The notes beneath the pieces are model-generated. The model was not told the DNA's origin, searched no databases, and saw nothing but the letters and a program-made list of their open reading frames with translations. This document shows, in pieces, positions 9,205 through 18,336 of a stretch of DNA of 64,000 nt. The stretch is taken from the NCBI GenBank assembly GCA_048882485.1, contig JBHLRP010000011.1:8015-72014 (forward strand), read 5' to 3'. The translations under genes and the position numbers were made by a program. The first letter of the stretch is position 1. The number at the start of each line of letters is the position of its first letter. Source of the stretch: Candidatus Thorarchaeota archaeon (GTDB lineage: Archaea > Asgardarchaeota > Thorarchaeia > Thorarchaeales > Thorarchaeaceae).

Positions 9205-10301
9205 GCAGTCTACCTGTAGGTCTCCAGGAGATTATTAGACAGGCAGCCCTAAGTGCTCGTGGCAGTTCTCTCTCGAGAATCAGAAAGAAATCTCTAACAG
9301 AACCAGCCGCAAAATGGGTGGCACAAAGCCGCATAGGATGCGAGGTGGGACATGCTCTCTCCGTTGTGTTGGCCACTCCAGGTTGTTCTCACGCTCGTAG
9401 TGATAAGGGCGGTTGCACTATGTGTAGCTATCTCCTGGATGGTACCAGCAAGACAGTATCAGCCGAGAATCTAGTCAGGCAATTTCAGGACGCCATGAAC
9501 TTGCTTGAGGGGCTCAGGGGTCCAATCTCAATCAAAGTATACACAAGTGGAAGCTTCCTAGATCCGGATGAAATTCCGTTGGAGGCGAGATCTGTGATTC
9601 TGAAAACTATCGCAGAAGACGATCGCGTCCGTCAAGTTGTTCTTGAGTCGCGGCCCGAGTATGTGACTGAAAAAGCCACAGGCCTCGTTCGGGAGATTCT
9701 AGACGATAGGGAAATTGAGATGGGAATGGGCCTTGAGAGCATAGATGACGGTGTGAGGTATCTTTGCATCAATAAGGGCTTCTCGCTTGGCGAGTTTGAA
9801 ACTGCACTCAAGACTGCAGCAGTCCATGACATAGGTACTCGAGCATATGTACTCATCAAGCCACCTTTTCTCACTGAAAATGATGCTTTACTAGATTCAA
9901 CTCGAACCATTATTGATGCAGTGAAAATGGGGGCTACAACTGTTTCAGTGAATCCTGTGAATGTCCAGAAGCACACCCTTGTTGAGCGAATGTGGACTAG
10001 AGGTGCATATAGGCCCCCATGGCTATGGACCGTCACCGCAACCCTGAAGCAATCAAGAGTTCAGGTGCCTTCCGAAGTAAATATCGTCTGTGACCCAGTT
10101 GCTGCTGGCAAGCCTAGAGGCACTCATAACTGTGGCAGGTGTGACGACGCCTTTGTGAAAGCCATTCGTCAATTCTCATTGGACCAGAGTCCTCTACATT
10201 TCGAAGGGCTTGACTGTGGGTGTAGGTATCAATGGATGCATACTCTAGAACATGAGGACTTCGCACATCTAGTACACTCCTCCAAGTTCCGTATACCTTA
10301 G
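9201..10301 (+). CDS. Archaeosine biosynthesis radical SAM protein RaSEA (TIGR01210-like)
   Basis: GCSHARSDKGGCTMC, YTSGSFLD, ESRPEY, INKGF, KPPFLTE, YRPPWLW, RGTHNCGRCD; overlaps the arcS stop. Confidence 0.9.
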   Translation: MSSLPVGLQEIIRQAALSARGSSLSRIRKKSLTEPAAKWVAQSRIGCEVGHALSVVLATPGCSHARSDKGGCTMCSYLLDGTSKTVSAENLVRQFQDAMNLLEGLRGPISIKVYTSGSFLDPDEIPLEARSVILKTIAEDDRVRQVVLESRPEYVTEKATGLVREILDDREIEMGMGLESIDDGVRYLCINKGFSLGEFETALKTAAVHDIGTRAYVLIKPPFLTENDALLDSTRTIIDAVKMGATTVSVNPVNVQKHTLVERMWTRGAYRPPWLWTVTATLKQSRVQVPSEVNIVCDPVAAGKPRGTHNCGRCDDAFVKAIRQFSLDQSPLHFEGLDCGCRYQWMHTLEHEDFAHLVHSSKFRIP

Positions 10302-10362
10302 AAAACCCTTAAGAGAAACATAGCTGCGGTCCGTTCCATTCTGAAGTGACGAGGTCGTATCG

Positions 10363-10704
10363 ATGTCTGAATATGTGACCAAAGTTTCAGTCTGGTTCAA
10401 TAGTGAAGGAGCATCCCCAAGCACTGTGATCAAGAAGATGCTTGAGCTGGGGTTCATTCCTGTTCGCGGAGCCTACGATTTTGTTTATGAGCATGAGGAG
10501 AGCGACATGAGCGAGTCCGACCTCAGTGAGTCGATACTCGAAATTGCAGATGCGCTACACAAAGCACTATCCGGGTTTCGTGTCTTCTATACGCTCGACA
10601 CGTTTCCAAAGGATGAAAGCGAATACATTCCTCTAGCTGACATAGACGCAGAGCTGGACGCAACTCGCAAGGAGCTAGAAGAGATGGAAAGAGAAGTAGA
10701 GTGA
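10363..10704 (+). CDS. Conserved archaeal hypothetical protein
   Basis: WFNSEGASPS..LELGFIPVRGAYDFVY pattern recognised from small archaeal hypotheticals; SD GAGGT upstream. Confidence 0.75.
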   Translation: MSEYVTKVSVWFNSEGASPSTVIKKMLELGFIPVRGAYDFVYEHEESDMSESDLSESILEIADALHKALSGFRVFYTLDTFPKDESEYIPLADIDAELDATRKELEEMEREVE

Positions 10705-10743
10705 CCTACTAGGCTGGGGGTCATGACCCCCCTGCCTAGCAGG
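10705..10743. terminator. GC-rich hairpin between convergent genes
   Basis: CCTACTAGGCTGGGGGTCA/TGACCCCCCTGCCTAGCAGG near-perfect inverted repeat. Confidence 0.55.
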
Positions 10744-10757
10744 AGGATGAGTGAGTT

Positions 10758-12578
10758 CTAGTCTGAGGTCACTTCTGGCTCGCGACGCTCATATTCGCCG
10801 GCGTCTTCGCCAGCCTGCACAGAAACATTGATTTTCTTCTTGTCGCCAGGATTCATTCTAGTCCATGTCCAGACTAGATTGGTGCCATCGTGGACAGGTT
10901 TCTCAATAGGTGCTTCTTCCATAGGGTCTGTGGATACATATTCGAATCCTGCAGGTATCCAGTCTGTCACCTCAACGTTCTCGACTGTCACCTCGCCCTT
11001 GTTTTCTATTACAATAACCACTATGTATTGACCCGGATCTGATCCCTTGTTGATACCTTTCTTTGTCGAGATGCTTCTCTTCTTGTAGAGAATCCCAATT
11101 TTATGACCATCCTCTGCACTCGCAGCCTCTCCAGCAAGACCCTCAGGATATGTATGTGCTTCACAATAGATGGGAGATGGATATTCCTTCTCAGGCCTGT
11201 TTCTCCAAGCCATGATAGCATAGTTGAGCTTGACTGAGTCGCCGGGCTCAACTTCGCCAACTGAGTCTTTGAGATTGAGAATCTTGAAGGTCATCTTATG
11301 TGGAACCTCGGGATTCTGATCATCGGGATCCACGGCTACTTCGAACTCGCCGCCATATTCTTCACCTCTCACCAAGATCGTAACATGTTCCGGCTTGGGG
11401 GGCATCACATCGTCAGGCAAGCTGTCTTCAATCATGAATGAGTTGAGGCGGGCCGTCCCAACATTCTTCACCTTGATTGTTACCTCCACTGGAGTCTTGT
11501 CGAAACTACTGACTTCAGGAGGGTCGAACTCCTTAGTATAGTCAATGCGTACAACAGGCAGTTCCTGAGGAATTTTCTCAACGGTTCCAAGGACTCGACT
11601 TGTGATGACTCTCATTGGAGTGTATACCATTTCTTGGGTGCATTTGGGCGGCGACTTGCTGCCAATCTCAAATTTCGAGCTCCAGTCTTGATTTGGAGCC
11701 ATCTCCAGCCTAGGAGTTTCATCAATCATCTTCTGCTTCTCTCCACCATCCTCAGGTGTGAGATAGACTTCCGCTTTATCTAGCCGAACCATTAGGTCGC
11801 TTTCATTAGAGCATTCCAAGATGCACTCCCATTGGTTGGGTTCTGTTTCGGCTGTTTCGATGCCTGTTAGAAACTCCGTCAGTGCAGTCATATCAGGAGT
11901 AAGGCCAGACCTCTGCTGATCCTCCCCTCTGTACGTGACCACTATCTCGCCAGCGCTCTTGATTTCCGTGTCGTCAACATTCCCAGTAGCTGAAATGACA
12001 AGTGTCGATTCCTCTCTGGGATATACGACAAAGTCCTTCCAGATGATTGTCCCTGTTCCCTCATCGAACTCTGTGACTCCTGAGCTCGTGGAATCTACAT
12101 TCACCATTGTGAGCTCGGGTGGAATGGTCTTGTTGAGGACGATGTTGTCAAGCTGCCCATCTGTTTCATTCTTTACTTTGATCGTGATTTTTACAGGATT
12201 CTCCTTTCCGTATACATATGCCCAGTGCGGTTCATCAGTTGGTACAGTGCCACAGGTATCAAATCTCTCTGTGAGAGTAAGAATTGGCTTCTTGATGTCG
12301 ACTGTGTAGTCAGTTTCCCATTTCGCACCAGCATCGACCTCGCCTGCTGATAGTGATTCATCAGAGAAGCTCGTACCTCCGGCGCTTCCTTCAAGCAGCA
12401 CTCGGACATTCCAGATTCGTGATCTATCTGAAACATTGTTGACGGATAGGATCCCTCTGGCCTCGGCGTTCTTAAGACCACTTCGCTCGCCGATGACCGC
12501 CTTTTCGGTTTCCTCTAAGTCGATTTCGACAGTTTTGTGTTCACTCAATTGGAACTCACCCATTTTGTTTCTAACCAC
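10758..12578 (-). CDS. Acidic multi-beta-sandwich protein (DUF11/Ig-like repeats; mu-homology-like segments), no signal peptide
   Basis: About five repeats of hxhxNxxxxxhxNhxhxDxhP (NETDGQLDNIVLNKTIP, NVGTARLNSFMIEDSLP, NKGEVTVENVEVTDWIP); no hydrophobic segment. Confidence 0.7.
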   Translation of the reverse strand: MVRNKMGEFQLSEHKTVEIDLEETEKAVIGERSGLKNAEARGILSVNNVSDRSRIWNVRVLLEGSAGGTSFSDESLSAGEVDAGAKWETDYTVDIKKPILTLTERFDTCGTVPTDEPHWAYVYGKENPVKITIKVKNETDGQLDNIVLNKTIPPELTMVNVDSTSSGVTEFDEGTGTIIWKDFVVYPREESTLVISATGNVDDTEIKSAGEIVVTYRGEDQQRSGLTPDMTALTEFLTGIETAETEPNQWECILECSNESDLMVRLDKAEVYLTPEDGGEKQKMIDETPRLEMAPNQDWSSKFEIGSKSPPKCTQEMVYTPMRVITSRVLGTVEKIPQELPVVRIDYTKEFDPPEVSSFDKTPVEVTIKVKNVGTARLNSFMIEDSLPDDVMPPKPEHVTILVRGEEYGGEFEVAVDPDDQNPEVPHKMTFKILNLKDSVGEVEPGDSVKLNYAIMAWRNRPEKEYPSPIYCEAHTYPEGLAGEAASAEDGHKIGILYKKRSISTKKGINKGSDPGQYIVVIVIENKGEVTVENVEVTDWIPAGFEYVSTDPMEEAPIEKPVHDGTNLVWTWTRMNPGDKKKINVSVQAGEDAGEYERREPEVTSD

Positions 12579-12590
12579 CCTTCCAGGTGA

Positions 12591-13364
12591 CTATTCTGGC
12601 TCAGATGACGTGGAACTCAATGAATGCCTGAATTCATGGCCGGCAGCCCACTGTACTTCCAGCGTCTGTCCTGGTTCCATCAGGAGAGGAGTAGTCTTTT
12701 GCCCAAACTGTTCGATGTACTTGGCGAACTTCTTGGGTTGGTCCTCCGAAGTCCATCTAACAGGGATGCCGACTTGGGGAATCGCATCAATACAAAGACT
12801 GACTGCATCCTTTACGGCAAATGCATGTTCGCCTCCCACTGGTACAATCATCACGTTTGCTTCCAGCTGCCCGAAAGGACCTCGTACCAAGCTGTCGCCG
12901 AGATATGACACCTTCATAGATGACATTTCGATATGAAGACCCAGATTCTCAATCGTTTCGCCAGTTTCCACACTCCGCTTTTGAAGGGGGAATGGTGTGA
13001 CTTTTAGCCCCGGAATCTCATATGGAACCTCAGGCTTTAGAGTGTGCAGCAGCCAGGCCCTAGCACCTTTTTGCTGAGCTCTCTCAATCGTAGCTTCATT
13101 GCCAAGAATCCACGCCTTTGAGTTCACAGCGATTTCTGCAGCGTTCCCTAGTGCGTCATCCTCATAGTTTGTCACAATGATGACCCGGCAGTCAAATTCG
13201 TCCGGGACAACTGCCTCTCCGTCCCAGGTTCCTGGGTTCAGGAGCACAGTTGTTTCCTGTGTTTCCAATGCGAATGATGTCTTTCCAAAGTACGCTATCT
13301 TGAGCACTGGACCACTTCCCGTAGTTCCGCTTGGTCGCCAACTTGCCAGAATCCTTGCGGTCAA
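12591..13364 (-). CDS. Metallo-beta-lactamase-fold protein (UPF0173-like) lacking the HxHxDH motif
   Basis: IAYFGKTSFALE, IIVTNYEDDALGN, YLGDS, IVPVGG..AVKDAV, GIPVRW match MBL spacing with His ligands replaced. Confidence 0.75.
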   Translation of the reverse strand: MTARILASWRPSGTTGSGPVLKIAYFGKTSFALETQETTVLLNPGTWDGEAVVPDEFDCRVIIVTNYEDDALGNAAEIAVNSKAWILGNEATIERAQQKGARAWLLHTLKPEVPYEIPGLKVTPFPLQKRSVETGETIENLGLHIEMSSMKVSYLGDSLVRGPFGQLEANVMIVPVGGEHAFAVKDAVSLCIDAIPQVGIPVRWTSEDQPKKFAKYIEQFGQKTTPLLMEPGQTLEVQWAAGHEFRHSLSSTSSEPE

Positions 13365-13452
13365 AAAATCGTAGATTCAGTTCCTTTTAAGACAATCTCC
13401 GAGGAACGGCGCAAATACTTAAATCACGCACGATATAGTTGGCTAATGGCAA

Positions 13453-13791
13453 ATGATGTGCCTGGAGGTGTTACTTCTATTGTTGCAGCAACAGATGGTC
13501 ACCGTAAGCATCCCTTTTCTACTCGCCTTCGGTTTCCTACTAGGTATGTTACTATTGATTCTTGGATATCGCGAAAGAGTAGATGTCCTAAGAAGAAATC
13601 GTCTATTGGGCTCAGGGCTCAGCATCATTGGTATAATGACTCTTCTGACTCCGCTCTCATGGTTCCTGTACCTAGCCAACAGATATGGAACTGTGATTAT
13701 GACTTCAAGTGACATTGTAATCCTTGCTATGTGGGCTTTCACGGGAGGCATAATCATGGGTGTTGGTATTATCACTGCTCTGAAACGCTAA
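13453..13791 (+). CDS. Small membrane protein (about 3 TM helices)
   Basis: Three hydrophobic stretches separated by charged loops. Confidence 0.65.
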   Translation: MMCLEVLLLLLQQQMVTVSIPFLLAFGFLLGMLLLILGYRERVDVLRRNRLLGSGLSIIGIMTLLTPLSWFLYLANRYGTVIMTSSDIVILAMWAFTGGIIMGVGIITALKR

Positions 13792-13935
13792 TTGGCCTTC
13801 CAAACACTCGCCTGAGCCTCTGAGATTAGAGCTGAGATGTGTTCTCAGGACTCTCTCGAATCAACCGAGTGCTATGTTTTTATGACCTTGGAATGAGAAA
13901 CAGATGAGGTTGACCTAGGTTTACTAACCGAATGA

Positions 13936-15243
13936 TTGAGAGAGGGTTCCATGCTGGAGAAGATTCTCACCGACAGGTTCAGAGAGATTCTGAAACTAGT
14001 CTTCACAGACATAAGCAATCAACAAGACAGGCGCGATGCGGAGGAGTTCTCAAAAGATGAGGTTCGGATCAAGCAACAGCTTCTTGATATCGTAGACCCT
14101 TATCCTCCTGACATAATTCTTGAAGAAGACTTTCTCATAGCAGCAGTAGATGGCTCTGGCACGGACAATCTGATGCTCTTGGATGATATTAGGGTGCATC
14201 TCTTGAGTACAGCTACAACTGTGCTAGACACCAACACGCGGTCTGAGAAACTCTTTGACCCAATTGGAACAAAGGTCTTGGAGGAGCGTCTTGGAGGTCA
14301 ACCACATCTTGATGTTCATTGGCATTCAGGAGTTCGAAATGATGCTCAGAGAAAGATGGCCGAAACCCTAGAATCGATTTATCCTCTCAAGGATGTGGTT
14401 GACATAATCCTGCCTTTCTTCAGAGATGATACAAAGGGTGCCATATCCTCAATCTCTGACTTCAAGGGAACTGATTATGAGAAGCATCTGCCTGAACTGA
14501 GAGAAATGGAGACCCTGATATCAAGAGCACAGATACTCACAAACCCAGTGGTCCATGATGAATTGCGAAAGGTGTCAGAGTATGCAGCGGCGAGAAACGT
14601 CTTGACTAGCAATATACGTCCAAAGTATTTGCTTCTCGATGGGGCGCTTTCAATCTTCATGCACTTTGTGAAGAAATACCCCTCAATGCCGAGTGGATTC
14701 ATGCTACGCGAGCTAGCATCTCTAGCAAGAAAAGAGGGTGTTGTACTTTGTGCCGTGAGTAAGAACCACACAATTCCCTTTGCACATCGGATTGCCAAGA
14801 TGGCACAAGAAGCCTTTGGAGATGGCGCCAAGTGGTTCTGCCAACTTCCGTGCAAAGACGATCCAGGAGGCGGTCTTCATATTACCGAAGACCGGACCTA
14901 CATCCCTCCACGATTAGCTGTTCCCTATCTCTTCAGCTTCTCCCAAGATAATCGACCCTCTCGGATTGACTTTGATAGAGTCTGGTGGCTTGAGAATGTG
15001 TTTGTACGGGGCGATCCCGTGGCCACGAGACAGAATGAGAAGGCCCTCTTCCGTGATATTGAATTTATGTCACGTGATGCAAGGTGGTATGGATACCCTG
15101 TGCCTCTGGCACTTGCCCATGAGGTTTGCAAGCTTAGCTATGAGGATTTGAGGCTTGCTAGAGAGATATGCAAAGATGTTCGACACGAAATTGGTCTGGA
15201 AACAAGAAAAACTGAGCCATTGAGAGCAGACTATAATCTATGA
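13936..15243 (+). CDS. nurA: NurA 5'-3' nuclease
   Basis: IAAVDGS, LLLDGAL, AVSK, GYPVPLALAHE motifs; first gene of the repair operon. Confidence 0.9.
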   Translation: MREGSMLEKILTDRFREILKLVFTDISNQQDRRDAEEFSKDEVRIKQQLLDIVDPYPPDIILEEDFLIAAVDGSGTDNLMLLDDIRVHLLSTATTVLDTNTRSEKLFDPIGTKVLEERLGGQPHLDVHWHSGVRNDAQRKMAETLESIYPLKDVVDIILPFFRDDTKGAISSISDFKGTDYEKHLPELREMETLISRAQILTNPVVHDELRKVSEYAAARNVLTSNIRPKYLLLDGALSIFMHFVKKYPSMPSGFMLRELASLARKEGVVLCAVSKNHTIPFAHRIAKMAQEAFGDGAKWFCQLPCKDDPGGGLHITEDRTYIPPRLAVPYLFSFSQDNRPSRIDFDRVWWLENVFVRGDPVATRQNEKALFRDIEFMSRDARWYGYPVPLALAHEVCKLSYEDLRLAREICKDVRHEIGLETRKTEPLRADYNL

Positions 15244-15260
15244 GAGTGAGGTAGTAAATC

Positions 15261-17018
15261 ATGTTGGATAGAGATAACCTCGGAGAACTCTTCGGAAAGG
15301 TAGGTATGGGCAATCAGAACATGCTTGGTATCATGGGAAACAACCGCGACATAAGCGTTGGCGAGATTTTCATGATTTATTCACAGAGAGATGGCCATGA
15401 GCGAGTCTTCTTTTTCAGAGTGCTTGGGCTGGAGAACTACCTCAGACAGGTTGATGACATGGCTAGAGTCGCTGGCACGTTGATGGTAGAGGGCGATTCG
15501 TACCTGTCCGGAATTGAAAGAAACATGCTCCTCTCGGTGGATGGAAGGATGCTGGGCTACGCTGAGGAAACAGGGGACGGTTGGAGATTCATGTCCCCTA
15601 GACGACTTCCAGACCATCTAGCGAACGTCTATCGACCAATTCCAGGCACATCGGACAAGCCTGTCAAAGAAATGCTGAGTTCACAGACAGACGGAAATGT
15701 CCGTGTTGGAGACCTACAGATTGGTGAGGCGACTCTTGATGTTCCAGTCATGATTCCCGCAAAATTCCTGCCTATGCATGTGGGAATTTTTGGATCAACA
15801 GGTGCCGGTAAGAGCAACTTGATGATGGTTCTTATCAAATCAATAATCGACTCTAATTTGGATCATCTCCACGAACATAACACCGTACATCCCAGAGTAT
15901 CCGCATTCTGTATAGATCCGCATGATGAGTTCGCGAAGGGCGTAGACAAGTATGGAATCCAGAACGTGATTGAGGCAATGGACCCAACAACAAGGACTGA
16001 TGTCATCGGCGACTTCTACTATCTTACGACTCACAAGAGAGCCACCCCCCGGGAGATTAAGCGATACGCGAGGGAGATTCGTGTTCTCTGGGAAGAGATT
16101 CGACCTCGAGATCTCTACTCAATAATGGAATTCACTCCTCAGATGTACTCATTCATTGATGCCCAATTCAATCGATACAGAGAGAACTGGGTGAGAGAGA
16201 TTCTCGCATTGGATAAGGATCCTGAAGGCACTCCCACAGGCACAGTCAATGCCGTTCAACGTAGGCTCCGTTTTCTCGAGAGATCTCCAATCTTTGTAGA
16301 AACTGGTAGTTCTATTCTTGGTGATATCTTTGAGGCAATGGAAACAGGAAGAATCATCGTTGTCAATACCAGTCTTATGAGAGACACGGAGCAGTTCCTT
16401 CTAACGACAATTGTGACAAGAACTCTGTCAGACATGAGGCGTGCCCTCAAGAGCAGCGGTAATCTCGGAGACTTCATTCGCCAAGGCGAAATGCGTCTAC
16501 CTGTGCCCTTTTTCAGAAAAGTCAAGGCGCAAGCAAAGACCTTCTATGGCGTGGGAGGAGTCGATGATGAGTCACCCGTGCATGATCCCCGCAATCTCCC
16601 AGTTATTCTCATCACTGTTGAGGAGGCACCCACGATCCTCAATCCAGAGCTAATGCGCGGCCAATCAGTATTCAAGGACATCTCGCGACAGGGACGTAAG
16701 TTCAACATGGGCCTCCTAGTGGTAAGCCAGCAAGTCAGTGTACTTGACAATGTCATCCTTAGTCAAATGAACACAGAAATCAATCTCCGGTTGGGCAATG
16801 AGCGTGAGATTCGGGCATGCATTGAGAATGCAAGTGTCAATATATCCGGATTCGAAAATGAATTCCGTGTAATGTCACGGGGTGAAGCAATTATGACGGC
16901 TTCATATAGAGAAATGCCATTGCCGGTTAAGATCCCGCTCTTTGACAAGGTCTTTGAACGTGACAGAGATAGGTACAGAGGGAAGAGCTCAAAGAAGACA
17001 GAAAAACGGGTTCTATGA
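15261..17018 (+). CDS. herA: HerA helicase/translocase ATPase
   Basis: HAS-barrel-like N-terminus, HVGIFGSTGAGKS, IDPHDEF, VEEAP, RQGRKF, VVSQQ. Confidence 0.92.
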   Translation: MLDRDNLGELFGKVGMGNQNMLGIMGNNRDISVGEIFMIYSQRDGHERVFFFRVLGLENYLRQVDDMARVAGTLMVEGDSYLSGIERNMLLSVDGRMLGYAEETGDGWRFMSPRRLPDHLANVYRPIPGTSDKPVKEMLSSQTDGNVRVGDLQIGEATLDVPVMIPAKFLPMHVGIFGSTGAGKSNLMMVLIKSIIDSNLDHLHEHNTVHPRVSAFCIDPHDEFAKGVDKYGIQNVIEAMDPTTRTDVIGDFYYLTTHKRATPREIKRYAREIRVLWEEIRPRDLYSIMEFTPQMYSFIDAQFNRYRENWVREILALDKDPEGTPTGTVNAVQRRLRFLERSPIFVETGSSILGDIFEAMETGRIIVVNTSLMRDTEQFLLTTIVTRTLSDMRRALKSSGNLGDFIRQGEMRLPVPFFRKVKAQAKTFYGVGGVDDESPVHDPRNLPVILITVEEAPTILNPELMRGQSVFKDISRQGRKFNMGLLVVSQQVSVLDNVILSQMNTEINLRLGNEREIRACIENASVNISGFENEFRVMSRGEAIMTASYREMPLPVKIPLFDKVFERDRDRYRGKSSKKTEKRVL

Positions 17019-17028
17019 GGAGTGAAAG

Positions 17029-18336
17029 ATGGCTGTACGCATTGCGCACATCTCCGATACACATCTTGGCGCCCGACCCCGTCAAGGTGTTAGACACAAT
17101 GTCTGGGGAGAGGAGATGCGGAGCCAGCTACTTGAGAATGATTTCTACGAACGATTTGCTGAGATATTTGAACGCATTTCTCTAACAGAGCCGTCCGTAG
17201 ACTTGGTCATTCACTCCGGAGACCTCTACAATTCTCCTTGGGAGAACAACCCATCACAACCTCCAGTTGTTGCGCAAGAAACTGCCATACGAGTTCTGAA
17301 GGATTTCATAAACAGAACCAACATTCCGGTCCTAATCATCGAAGGAAACCATGGGCTTTATCGTTCATTAGATGTATCGCTTCTCGATTCTCTCAAAATG
17401 GCAGTTCCTGGGCTTGATGTAGCAACTCAGGTTGATTTGAAACGAGCATTTCGTTTATGGGAGCCGCTCAGGTTCTCTTACGAGAAGTTGGATGTCTACT
17501 GCTTTCCATTCATTGACTATGCCGTTCTTAATTCCATGGCACTTCTGAGCGACTTCAACGATTGGATTTCCACAAAGCAAATTCCCAGTCCAAAAAGAGT
17601 ATCAATTGGTGTTGCTCATGGTATGGAAATTGATAGGTCTCTCCACAAACCCATCTTAGAGATGGGCTATGACTACATTGCCTTGGGTCACGACCATCAT
17701 ATGCACAAGCACGCGGAGAACGCATGGTATGCAGGGGCTCCTGAACGCTGGAGATATGATGAGATTCGCCATGAGAAGGGCTACCTCCTAGTAGATTTGG
17801 AACTTGACACGCCTCCAAAGATTACTCCTGTTCATCTCGAATTCATAAGATCAGTGCAAAGTGACAAGCTCGAAATTGAACTCGACGATACCGAAGAAAC
17901 CATCATCGGAAAAACTGAAGAATGGTTCGAGAAGAATGGGTTGAAGAGATCATGGGAGCCATCAACAGCTGGGCGTGTAAGGCTACTCTTTGAGGGTATG
18001 TCCCCTCGAGTTAGCGGGTTTGAGCTTACAATGGCGTTAGAGGCCCTCAGAGCTAGGGTCCTTGCTTCTGAATCAGAATATAACATAGCTCAGCTTGTAT
18101 GGAACATTCGTCAGACAGAAGCAGAGCACAGTCCTTCAGCATATCCCGAAATTGAATCTGAGTTCCTCATAGAGAATCCTGAAGGCGACTTTCGCGCTTA
18201 TTTGGAAACCCTTGAAATCGATGAGAGATACGACGAAAGGAAATTGACGAAGATTGCTGTTGAGGCTTTGAGAATCTCAGTCACATGTCCAGACGAGAGT
18301 CTGAGATTGGAGCATCTTACGGAGGGTGAGGAATGA
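17029..18336 (+). CDS. mre11: Mre11/SbcD nuclease
   Basis: HISDTHLG, HSGDLY, IEGNH, VAHG, ALGHDH, YAGAPE phosphoesterase motifs. Confidence 0.92.
   Translation: MAVRIAHISDTHLGARPRQGVRHNVWGEEMRSQLLENDFYERFAEIFERISLTEPSVDLVIHSGDLYNSPWENNPSQPPVVAQETAIRVLKDFINRTNIPVLIIEGNHGLYRSLDVSLLDSLKMAVPGLDVATQVDLKRAFRLWEPLRFSYEKLDVYCFPFIDYAVLNSMALLSDFNDWISTKQIPSPKRVSIGVAHGMEIDRSLHKPILEMGYDYIALGHDHHMHKHAENAWYAGAPERWRYDEIRHEKGYLLVDLELDTPPKITPVHLEFIRSVQSDKLEIELDDTEETIIGKTEEWFEKNGLKRSWEPSTAGRVRLLFEGMSPRVSGFELTMALEALRARVLASESEYNIAQLVWNIRQTEAEHSPSAYPEIESEFLIENPEGDFRAYLETLEIDERYDERKLTKIAVEALRISVTCPDESLRLEHLTEGEE

Noticed and set aside
10705-10743. Hairpin as a SECIS element or selenoprotein signal
   Set aside because: No SECIS core and apical-A geometry; no in-frame TGA at a Cys-equivalent position was seen in neighbouring ORFs, and both thioredoxins use Cys
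13936-17018. NurA-HerA as an anti-phage HerA defence system
   Set aside because: Directly followed by mre11 and rad50, the standard archaeal end-resection context
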